Assembly: GCF_964355755.1 (NCBI RefSeq)
Contig: NC_092670.1
Coordinates: 37,374,388 to 37,438,387 of the forward strand
DNA from: Antedon mediterranea
Lineage: Eukaryota; Animalia; Echinodermata
Length of the DNA stretch: 64,000 nucleotides
Direction: 5' to 3'
Shown here in pieces: positions 40,201 through 50,836 of this stretch. A model generated the notes under the pieces. That model saw only the letters and a program-made list of their open reading frames with translations, did not search any database and was not told the origin of the DNA. Position 1 is the stretch's first letter; every line of letters starts with the position of its first letter. The position numbers and the translations under genes were made by a program.

Positions 40201-43200
40201 TAGTAAAATTAAAGATGTATTGTCCCCCAAAAACATGAAAAATGAAGATTAATAAATAAAATCAGACAGAAATAGTAAATAATAAAGTTATTCACTTCTG
40301 TAAAAAAAAATAATTATTTCACTTATAAAAAGACAAAAGAAACGTTTAATTTTAACCAAAAACCATTTTGTGACAGACAATTTAAGTATTATTTGCTTTA
40401 AATTACATTTTTTTCAAGTAAAAAGTTGTGTTTTTCGATCCAGTTTTTGGTCAAAGTAAATAACTAATTACGTGACATTAAAATGGCATATTAAAAAAAT
40501 TGAAAAAAAATTGTTTAGTTGGACAATATATCTTTAACAAAACAAATTTCTAGTTTGTATGGTTTAAATTTGCATAAACTAATCACACTGAATACATTAC
40601 AAGATCTAATCAAATTATAATCTGGCAATCTCGACACACATAACTAATTACTGCATATCATGAATTCCAATAATTATCAATACTACAGTATCTATATTTT
40701 CAGTATATATATTTTGCTTTGTTTCACATATCTTTTTAAAATTCTTATCACAGTGAGGGTATACAGTAGCTGTTCAAGTTAACAATTACAATATCCCTAT
40801 TTGTACACAAAGGTTTTTCCTTTTCATATTCATAACATTTATTTCTTTTCTATAAAATAACAGTTAAAAAAAATCAAATTATATAAATCTTTTTTTAAAC
40901 GTGTTTTTGGTGTTTTTTATTCACTTCAGATTATTAATATTATTCTTTTTTTTTAGTTTTTGGTGAAATTATCTATTCTTATCATCCGCTTAACAACCTA
41001 TCAAATGTTTTTTGTTGTGATTTCACATTTTTGTACATTATTTAATCAAATTTTATATACTGTAGCTTACTTTCTTTGATAGTTACAGTATTTATGGAAA
41101 TTTATATGCATATAGAAGAGTATAACCCACCCAATATAATCAAGATTAAAAACACCAAAATTCTGTAATTGGTGATAAAGATGCACCCCCGACATGTACA
41201 CCATAGAGACAACAAAGACATAACGCTGTACAATGGTTGGTGATATCGTTAACATCATAATGTAACATATTGATGCATCAAGCAGCATGTGTATTAAACC
41301 ACTCCTGAAAGAAAAGAAAAGACAAGAAAGAGGCAAAACCGTTGTTAGTAAAAAAAACTAGTTCATGAATGAATATTTGATAAAGCTCTGTCTACACTAT
41401 CAAACTTTATGTAACAAAAAAATGTGATGCAGGCCTTGTAGGTGAGTGCAATCACTCACCTACAGTAACACACTCCTAAACTGCCCTTGAGGAGTGTAAT
41501 TTACAAAACACTTAAATTTGGCAAACTTCTACACACCAAAATACAAATAGCACACCTACAGCATCCCTGAATGTATTTTGGAGTGCAATTTGTAGCACAC
41601 CTATAATTGTTTCAAAAGACAAGGCCTGGTGATGTTGATGTATATGGACATGATGATGTCATACCACTACCATATTTAATTTAAGCGTATCATCACTACC
41701 TTATTTGAGCACACCACACTTTTTTGTCAAACTAGTTTGATAGTGTAGACAGAGCTTTAGTTGTACCATCAACTCTCTCAAATATGGGCATTGAATATTA
41801 ATATTTATTTATACATTATAGTATACAGACAATGATACAGATACACTGTACTGTTTATACATACACCTACATGGAAATCAACTAACTCTCAACCAATTGA
41901 ATCAGTTAACAGTAATTAAGAGAATTTATTTAATATTTGTTATTTTTATTAATTCTACAGTATTTATTTTATTTTTATCTGATTTTTATTGTTTTGTATA
42001 TTTGTCTTTATTTTTGTCTAATGATCTGTTTCGGCTGGATGGACCACCCTCATTGTCAATGACCTAAAGACATATACTGTAGCTAATCAGTGGTGAATCC
42101 AGGATTGTGAAATAGAGGGGCCCTGTGCCTAAACATTAAACGCAAACCATTCATCGTATGACGCTAAAATTAACCATTTTTTAAACAAAATTTTAAGAAA
42201 AAGGTTCAAAATGTCTATTTGGGGTGATTTGACATGGAATTTACTCTAATTTTCTCTGGCTTCCACCACCCCCAATCCTTCACACTCCTCCTCAGTCTTT
42301 TGTATCCACCTAGTCCTACTGTTAGTTACAGTTACTGTAATAATTGTCAATTCCTGTACTGATCCTGGTGGTTATGATATTCAAGTCATATGCATCAAGT
42401 AATAACATTAATGCAAAGTTCAGTAATGTATTTAAATTTTTTAGTAGGAAATACTGTATTTCACATACACTGTGTAACAAACAAGGTATTAAATATTCAA
42501 GTCTTATTGATATTTCTGTGATTGATGGATTTATTGACAGACTGCAGTGAGCAATTTTATGAGTACCATATACAGTACATGACCAAAATAGGTTAGCATT
42601 GATGGTATTAGAATCTGATTGTAAATCTTAATGCTGAGCATGAAAATATTTCTAGCATAAACTACCTAATTACTATGATCCAGCTTATACTAAGTCAGAT
42701 TGAGACTTGGCATTCCATCCAAAAAGATAATGAAATAACACTTCTATTTACTATTAAAACTAATATTTAGTATTACAATTCAGAATTAGAGTTGGTTTGG
42801 AATTAATTAGTTTGATACCCAAAATGCATCATGTAAACATTTCCATTTTATTTTAACTCAGGATCATGATCAGAATTTTACTAACAAAACCAGATTCGTT
42901 TTCCACAAAACAATTGGAGCCGTCTTCAAATTAACTGTTGGGTTCATACCTCAAACACCTCTAGCAGCTAGAATTTTTAATAAATCAGATACTTCAAACA
43001 GTATCTGAAATTTATTAATATACCAACCTTTTTCATTTAAAATTATCATGATCTCACCATGCAAAGTCCAAAGGTATACATAAAGGCCAATAAGTAAGCA
43101 AACTGTACAGCCGCCATACATTTGCATAATTAATACGACTTCAACAGTCATTTGAAAATTAATTATTTAATTGTTAATACTAGCTACAGCAATACTAAAA

Positions 43201-46200
43201 CCCATCTTTGCAATACACCTCTATTAAGGGGGCATTTTCCTGTGAAACATGTAAGCCAATGTTTGAACACTTTGGCCAACTTCCATTCAAGGGACATTCC
43301 TATTAAAGGGGGGTTCCGGGTTTAAAATGAATAGTTAAAAATGTAAAATATATTTGTTTGTCTCTTGAACGGTAAAAGTTTCAATTTATATAAGCGCCCA
43401 GTGAAGCAGAACGAAGGCTGTGAAATCAGGCCAGATTACAAGTGCAGCTACGGCAAAATCACACTGTGGTTACAAAATAGGAAATTCGTGAAATGGTCCA
43501 TCTTCCGACGACTCGTTATCATTAACCATATCAATTACTTTTGTAAAATTATACTTATCTGATGTAATTTTAGTCGGTCTTCCCATTTATAAAGTCAATT
43601 TTTTATGAAAATTCATCAAAACAGTGAAAAATTAGATATGTTTGCACTTTACGTTTGCCGATTTTCGCACCGACTTAGGGAAAAATCAAAATCAATGAAG
43701 CGTAACGTATACTGTACATTCCTCCTGCTGAGGATCGATCGAGCGAGACGACGATACACGTGCTCTCTCTGCTGCCCACCATGCCTGGCATCGTCACGTG
43801 ATAAGCAGATACAATATACAATACCAAACTGGTCGGGTCGAGTATACCCCGTCTATAATCACAACATGAACGGGTTCTAGGACACCTACCCCCTAGACAG
43901 TTACCCCCCGGATGTTTACCACCCGGACAACTACCCCCTTAGGACAACTACCCCCCGGACAATTACCCCCCGGACAACTACCCCCTTAGGACAACTACCC
44001 CCTTAGGATAACAACCCCCCGGACAACTACCCCCCGGACAACTACCCCCTTAGGACAACTACCCCCTTAGGACAACTACCCCCCGGTCAACTACCCCCCG
44101 GTCAACTACCCCCCGGTCAACTACCCCCCCCCCCCCAATCTAAAAGTAGACAAATATATAGGACCGGTTTCTGTAAAAATGAAATCATCTGGTTTTAACG
44201 GGTGTTTCGAAACTAGAGACCCGAGACCAGAGACCTGACACGACCCAATACGAAAAGGGAGACCTATATTTGGGTCTCCCTTTTCGTATATTAGGGTCTC
44301 CCTTTTCGTTCTGGTCTCTTTTTTCGTATATTTGGGTCTCCCATTTCGTATATTTGGGTCTCCCTTTTCGTATATTTGGTCTCCCTTTTCGTATATTTAG
44401 GTCTCCCTTTTCGTATATTAGGGTCTCCCTTTTCGTATAGTGGGGTCTCCCTTTTCGTATAGTGGGGTCTCCCTTTTCGTACGTGGGTCTCCCTTTTCGT
44501 ATATTTAGGTCTCCCTTTTCGTATTGGGTCTCGGGTCTCATGGTCTCTGGTCTCGGGTCTCTAGTTTCGAAACACCCGTTTTTAACCGATTATTCTGTTT
44601 AACAGCACGCTAGGCCCTAGATTTGCTAGATTTAAAGTACCGTATTTATTGAAAAAAACGGCCTGGGCTGTTTATTGTTTAGGTGGTTTTTAGGTGGACA
44701 TTTATTGGAAGAAAGTTGTTTATTCAATGGGAGGGGGTATAATCTAATGGAAATAGACGCCGATTATTCCATATGATGTGTCATGAGAGTGACATGGTCA
44801 CCGTTTATTTGAGGGGAATTTATTTAAAGATCGCCGTTTATTCGGTGAGTGAACATTGAGGTCAAATATCAAAAGTGATATTATTCTTCAAGTGTACAAA
44901 AATACAAATGACAAATTTGAGACAAAAATTAATTCTTTTAAGACCAGTGGTTATCGAAGCATTGTCCTGACGCAAAAATTATTATTATTATTAGCGAACC
45001 CAGTTTTTACAGTAAATACAGGGAGTACTATATAATACGTTCGACTATCCTATGATCATGTGACAATCTTCAGTTTATACCAGGCTATATTTATGTTCAA
45101 TCTTTTACTTTTGTTTACAATAATGAATAGTAATTTGTCAAAGTAACGAATTAAAATATAGTTATTAATTCCTATTATACGCTGTTGCAGAGGTCAGGTT
45201 GTTGAATGGTCTGGGTGTTAGTTGTCCGTCCGGGGGGTAGTTGTTCTAAAGGGATAGTTTTCTGGGTGGTAGTTGTCCAGGGGTTAGTTGTCCTACGGAG
45301 GAAGTTGTCCTAAAAGATTATTTGCCCTCGGAGTATTGTCCAGGTCCAGGAGGTAGTTGTCCTACGGGGAGTATTGTGTCAGAGGCAGTTGTCCGCGGGG
45401 TAATAAGATTATGATAATATAATTTCTAATTTGATACGATTAACCAAAAAGGAATTACAGTGATACGGGTTACTGGTGGTACTGAGCTATTATTGTTTTT
45501 TTTTATCATGTATATAAATATATTGTATAATCCGGGTTGTAAAATGAAAACAAACAAATGAAATGTTGTCCAGGGGTTAGTTGTCCTACGGAGGTAGTTG
45601 TCCTAAAAGATTATTTGCCCTCGGAGTATTGTCCAGGAAGTAGTTGTCCTACGGGGAGTATTGTGTCAGAGGTAGTTGTCCGCGGGGTAATTACCCGGGG
45701 AGGAGGGGGTAATTGTCCGGGGGGGTAATTGTCCGAGGGGGGGGGGGGGGTAATTGTCCGGGGGGGTAATTGTCCGGGGGGTAATTGTTCCTAGGGGGTA
45801 ATTGTCCGGGGGGTAGTTGTCCAGGGGGGTAGTTGTCCTAAGGGGGTAGTTGTCCTAAGGGGGTAGTTGTCCGGGGGGTATTTGTCCGGGGGGTAGTTGT
45901 CCTAAAGGGGTAGTTGTCCTAAGGGGGTAGTGGTCCAGGTGGTGGTTGTCCGGGGGGTAGTTTTCCGGGGGGTAAATGTCCAGGGGGTGAATATCCGGAT
46001 ACGCATGAACGATGTACAGTATTTGATTGAAGGTCGACTCGACCTACAGTACCGGAATGGTATAGATAATATAGCTCGAATGAGAGAGTTGGAATATTTG
46101 TGTAGTGCAGCCTATAGTAAAAGGCCTGGTAGTATCAATTCGCATAGGGTCTACTACACTATAGCTAGCTCAATTTTTAACTGGGCCGGATCAGCTAGGT

Positions 46201-49200
46201 CTCCTTCCTACTACCTGGTCTACTTGCTTGATGCATGAGTATCCGCTTTTTTTGGAGAGTAAACTAAGCCTATTTTAGGCCTACTTAGACGATCGGGACA
46301 CCATACATGTGGACGGCGATCGGACCTTGTTTTGCTTCAATATTTACAGCCGATTTTGTAGAACGTTTTAGGTTTAGATTGTTTAGGAGTTTTGGTTGAT
46401 AGGATGGGTTTTGTTATTTATGGGCCAATCGTCTAGTAGTAGTAGGCTAGCTAGGCCCATGGGCCCCATTGTTTTAACGTAGCCATCGTGGCATGGAATC
46501 CCTATAGTCAGAATGGCTTTCGCCCATTAGGCTAGGCCTAGAGTAGTATTGTACGTGAAGCCGATAATACGATCTGTACTATAGAGGTATAAAAATAGTA
46601 TACTTTATGACTCCGTAATCTGTACTAAATTTTGTATTTCATTAAATGTCAAATAAATATATGCTACTACTGTTATTATTACACTTTAGGCCTAGCTTAG
46701 AAAATCTACAAAAAATGTATTTTACAATGATCGGGTGGTCGTCGTTTGACAGGGAAGAGAGATGTAAATTAGGCCTAGTTGACAAACGCAACGTACATGA
46801 CGTCGCGAGTTTGGAATCCACTGGTGACGTGATTTTGTGAATATCTCATGAATATTAATGAGCTTCCCTAAGCTGCTGAAAAACAGACTTTCCATGAATT
46901 TACCCTAAAATGTATATGAAATTTAATTTTTTTAATTTCTCGTTATTACTTATTTATTCTGACATGTCTATATTGTTATATTTTTTTTTATTTAATAAAT
47001 AAACGATATTTAAAAGCAATTTTAAACCCAGAATCCCCCTTTAAGGGAGCACTTTGTTGGCTTTTGTAGGTGTCCACTTAATTCTATCTAGTCCACTATT
47101 TTATGGTACACACACAAAACAAATTTAAAAAGATGTACTGTACATATGAATACTGTATGATTAACAGTACACTGATTGTTAAACAAATAAATAAAGATCT
47201 ACTCATATAACTTTGATAGTACAATCTCTGCAGAAGCTCAACCAAGCTATCAGTGATAGTTTTCGACTTATATAATATTTTAATGACATAAAAATTATAA
47301 TTAAACCCTATACGGGAATGAATGATTACAGTAGTTATACTGGTATAATAAGAGCTCTACTATAATATTTGTCTATCATTATTTTTACATAAGAATAGAC
47401 AGTTGTTCACGCAAAACACATGTATTATCTCTGTCTGGTTGCACAGCTATTTCTACGCTCTTTATTCAAATGAAATCAACTCTACTCTCAGACAATAGAA
47501 CTAAATCTCTATCTACAACACTATCAAACTTCATGTGACAAAAAAATGTGATGTGCCCATATATGGACATGATGATGTCATATCACTACCATAATTGGCC
47601 ATATCACTACCATATTTAGGTACATCACACAAAATTTACAAAGCAAAATCACTTGTACTACTACTACTAATTCAAAGATAACTAATATATTTATTATGCA
47701 ACACAATGTGTGTAAATATAGGCTGATGTGTGGGGATGTCATTAATAATAACATTTTTTCTCTGAAATCTGACACTTTTATTTAATTATTACTATTTAAT
47801 TTATTTATTCTTTCTTTATTCTGCAGGCACTTTTGTCAGTACTAGTGCAATGTCAAAACAAACATAAAAGTAAAGACAGAGTAAATCAGAATAATAGAGA
47901 AAAAATACCTACGTAAGTAGTACTTATAGCTACTGGAGCCTGCGTAGGTTTTCAATTAAAAGTGATTGTAGTGCGTCTATCTTATACTTACCATCCAAAT
48001 GCTATAAACGCCACTATAGTTCCAACGATTATCTGTGCCAAATGCCTTGTGGTAGCACTGGTTCTCCGGGGATGTAGAACCCATCGAAAGAAGTATGAGA
48101 ATGCTAAGGCTAATAGTTGACAAAATATAAAATTAACCTAAAAAAGAGATGAGGTCAGTTACAGTAGGGTTAAAGTTAAGTTATAAAAACAAGCATGCCC
48201 GCCTTTCAATAAATAAATACCAAACAACAAAATATGTTCATTTCTATTGTGAATTACCAAACACCATGTTTAGTTCAATCAATCAATCATACTGCATCAT
48301 TCAAAGAACGCCGTGGTTAGGATTCCGGCACCGGAACTCAACTGCCCACCGTTAGGGAATCCGACACGCTATTGCGCATGCCCAGAGCTCTGGGAAGTGA
48401 ATTATAGCTTATAGTGCCACACACCACAGCACCGAGAGTCGGAGTGTTATCGAGATTTACTGTAGCCTAGTTAGTCGTTGCGCGAGCGATGGATGAAACT
48501 TGGCCTAGCTAGGCCATACATGAATTAATAATTAAAATAGGACTACGCCACACGTTAAAATATTATTATGATATTAATAAGTATCAGTATCTATCTAAGA
48601 ATCACAATGCTGTTTTTAGCGTTGCGACCCCGACTTCCCGAACAGTTTTTTCACATCCACGCGGTGGCTGCCGTCAACAAATCAACTTGTGATTGCATGT
48701 TATGTACAGTATAATGCGTTATATGAAATCTTTTATTTTGTACTTGAAAAATCATAAAACTAGTCATGTAATTATATAATTCATAAATATATGAAGTTTA
48801 TAAATATGAATGAAGCGATCACTTTTTAATTACAAAATAAATAGGCCCACTGGTCACGTCTAACTGGTAGGCCTAGCCTAGTATTTACTATTAGTGGATC
48901 CCGTATCAGTAGGCATCTAGGCTAGGCTATAGTTCTTCGCTGCACCGTGCGCAGCTATGAAATGACCCATCGCTGTTGATGATAAGTATAGAGTCGCCAA
49001 TTACCTCGCTCTGGGCATGCGCAATAGCGTGTCGGATTCCCTAACGCTGGGCAGTTGAGTTCCGGTGCCGGAATCCTAACCACGGCGTTCAAAGAATCAA
49101 TTCAATCAAACCATGAATTGGAGGTATCTCCATACATAATCACACCACCAACAATAATAGGCTAGGCCTAAATCAATCTGTTTTGTTTTATAATATAAAT

Positions 49201-49606
49201 ATTAATAATAAATATTTCAATCAATAAAGATTCCAGGAAAATGTAATCCATGTTGTTTTAGAATGAAAAGTAAATATCTTTTTAATTTCAGTGCAAGTAT
49301 CTAGATTCTTGATAGAATTATAACAATTGGGCGGGGCATAAAGTTTAGGCCACCATGTGTCGACAACTGCCGTCGCGAGGCTCAACGCATTTCTTCCCGA
49401 CAACAACGATCTTATAAATCTGAACCTTTATTTAGCTTACGCCTGGATGATGGCGGTCGAAGTCCAAGAAGGTTGCATTAATGACAATATAAATACTTAA
49501 CTACTACTAAACTTTAACTATTCGTAATATATATCCAACTTACCTCAACATATCTAAGTTTATATTTCACAGAAATTTCCTTCAAAAATGGGATCTCGAG
49601 CACCAT
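28245..49606 (-). CDS. MBOAT2: Lysophospholipid acyltransferase, MBOAT1/MBOAT2 (oysgedart) type, ~505 aa
   Basis: 12 in-phase exons: 49606-49544, 48137-47992, 41304-41131, 40118-40063, 38967-38913, 38482-38305, 33909-33819, 32189-32088, 31894-31791, 31177-30980, 29827-29676, 28443-28245. VNFIFCQL, GPLMMLTMK, LAGP, WNI, catalytic SALWHGFYPGY, C-terminal KKHR ER signal. Probably co-orthologous to MBOAT1 and MBOAT2. Confidence 0.92.
28471..28584. mobile_element. MITE family B, internally deleted
   Basis: Both TIRs present. Confidence 0.75.
28780..29288. mobile_element. Non-autonomous TIR element with 3-bp TSD (Harbinger-like)
   Basis: ~48-bp TIR AGAGAGGTTTCGCAATCTTACGAATACGATAACGAAAACGGATACGTCA; ATT on both flanks. 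Confidence 0.85.
29417..29550. mobile_element. MITE family B
   Basis: Degenerate TIRs and internal motifs. Confidence 0.75.
31230..31384. mobile_element. MITE family B
   Basis: TAA|AGCTCTGTCTACAC...GTGTAGACAGAGCT|TAA. Confidence 0.9.
32297..32440. mobile_element. MITE family B
   Basis: Both TIRs, TAA flanks. Confidence 0.85.
33033..33209. mobile_element. MITE family B
   Basis: Both TIRs; extra TACAGTA in the right arm. Confidence 0.85.
33360..33740. repeat. Direct duplication of ~185 bp
   Basis: TAGCTGGTAG..AACTTGTATGAACTGGCAAT...GAGAAGAGAGGGCT present twice. Confidence 0.8.
34256..34552. mobile_element. Kolobok-like family C
   Basis: TTAA|AGATGTATT...GGACAATACATCT|TTAA. Confidence 0.75.
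35044..35176. mobile_element. MITE family B
   Basis: TIRs and internal motifs. Confidence 0.75.
35723..35934. repeat. 16-bp minisatellite, ~13 copies
   Basis: (GTAATATCATCATACA)n. Confidence 0.95.
35935..36036. mobile_element. hAT-like MITE with 6-bp TSD (family D)
   Basis: TAATAT|CAGGCCTTGTCTTTT...AAAAGACAAGGCCTG|TAATAT. Confidence 0.8.
37762..37790. mobile_element. 29-bp CAT...ATG micro-element
   Basis: CATGGAGTAAT...ATTACTCCATG with GACTCAT/CACCCAT flanks. Confidence 0.45.
39757..39919. mobile_element. MITE family B
   Basis: Both TIRs, TTA flanks. Confidence 0.85.
40213..40533. mobile_element. Kolobok-like family C
   Basis: TTAA|AGATGTATTGTCC...GGACAATATATCT|TTAA. Confidence 0.75.
41384..41756. 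mobile_element. MITE family B interrupted by family D element (41430-41628)
   Basis: GTGATG|CAGGCCTTGT...ACAAGGCCTG|GTGATG inside a family B copy. Confidence 0.85.
43873..46003. mobile_element. Foldback (MULE-like) element with tandem GGACAACTACCCCC arms
   Basis: C-rich array 43873-44135, inverted G-rich array 45215-46003; 8-bp direct repeat CATGAACG at both ends. Confidence 0.85.
44199..44578. mobile_element. MITE with ~37-bp TIR and internal GGTCTCCCTTTTCGTA repeats
   Basis: CGGGTGTTTCGAAACTAGAGACCCGAGACCAGAGACC with its inverse at the right end. Confidence 0.85.
47505..47635. mobile_element. MITE family B, truncated
   Basis: Left TIR and internal motifs. Confidence 0.7.
48309..49087. 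mobile_element. MULE-like non-autonomous element, ~80-bp TIR, 9-bp TSD
   Basis: TTCAAAGAA|CGCCGTGGTTAGGATTCCGG ... CCGGAATCCTAACCACGGCG|TTCAAAGAA. Confidence 0.9.
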
Positions 49607-49987
49607 TTTCGTCCGTAATTCATAATCTTCCAATAATCAACTAGTGAAATCAAGCATGGAGGAGCGGTTACCACACACACGACACTCTCTATACACACAC
49701 ACAATCACAAGATAATTATTCAAATGAATTGTAAAGTTCGGAAATGATCGTTTCTGATTGGTCTCCCGTATACTCTATAAACCACGCCCAATGAATGCGG
49801 GTTCGATATGTGTTTGTTTGGGAGTGGTGGTGGTGGTGTGCAGTTTTGGTGTGCCTTCTTGGTGCTTTCTTTAAAAAAAAGTCTTGAAAGTCAATTTTAA
49901 ACCAGCAGTTAACTAAAACAAATTCAGTTAAATTTTGATGATCTTCTTCTAACGAGGATTCTATTCTAACTTCATCTGACCCTATCT
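49607..49987. promoter_or_regulatory. Probable bidirectional promoter MBOAT/E2F
   Basis: ATTGG 49757, CCACGCCC 49782, CCAAT 49788 between divergent ATGs. Confidence 0.6.
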
Positions 49988-49999
49988 ATGGCTGGAAAG
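49988..49999 (+). CDS. Candidate alternative first coding exon of E2F (MAGK)
   Basis: ATGGCTGGAAAG|GTGAGA, phase 0, compatible with the exon at 51322. Confidence 0.5.
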
Positions 50000-50438
50000 G
50001 TGAGACCAGTCTTTGACTGAAGAGGTCGCCCAGTACAAATACAATATTTCAATTGAAAAAAAATTTTAATAAAACAAAAGCCAAACTAATCCGAATTTGC
50101 AACAAAAAAAATCATATTATTATTATATTTAGAACTAGCCTTGCCTATCTATAGTATTTATAGTAATGTATTGTTGTATGTTGGCCGAATGTTTCTTGAA
50201 AGCAAATGTGTGTGTGTTTTATTATGCGGAGCAATTTGAACGAAACATATTATGCGTGCACGTGTACAGTACTTATTCTAAAAAAATACGCTTAAATTAT
50301 TTTGTAAAAAAAGTGCCAGTATCTCAGTATGTATCTTTCTATGGACGATGTGTTATCACGATATGTGTCATATACTGTATATAATATACCTAGTAGGGGC
50401 CGCCCTCTACTGAGGTGCCCCAACTGAGCATGCTACTA

Positions 50439-50478
50439 CACGTGATGATGGCGTTCGCGCGAAATACAATTTCGCGGG
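50439..50478. promoter_or_regulatory. E-box plus paired E2F binding sites
   Basis: CACGTG 50439, TTCGCGCGAAA 50454-50464, TTTCGCGGG 50470-50478, ~370 bp upstream of the E2F ATG. Confidence 0.7.
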
Positions 50479-50836
50479 CTTCGTTGATTACAAGCCGATA
50501 CACTGTTTTCGTAGGCCTATTCAGTTGAACCACAAGAAAGACTTTCTTCGCAGATTTCTGTATTTTAAATATATTATTTGCAATACCGATTGTGCACCAT
50601 TACTTTTTACTTACAATATTTATTTTGTTAGAAAAAAAGGGGTATTTTCTTTACCTTACCGGTGTACTACTTTACTTGAAATTTAATCAAAGGGAAGAAC
50701 GCCGTGCTAGGCCGCTGATCAATATCCTGTCATTGTTGTACACTTTAGTTTGCTGTCGTTTGGTGGTGGTGGAGACAACATTCAATACTTTTTGTCGTCG
50801 TTATTTTAAAACTTTTAATTTATTAATATTTTGAAA

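Larger units (their letters stand above)
43307..47040. mobile_element. Kolobok-like element hosting nested insertions
   Basis: TTAA|AGGGGGGTTCCGGGTTTAAAAT ... ATTTTAAACCCAGAATCCCCCT|TTAA. Confidence 0.8.

Noticed and set aside
44185-44541. 118-aa YEKGD/IRKGRP ORF
   Set aside because: Internal tandem repeats of a MITE.
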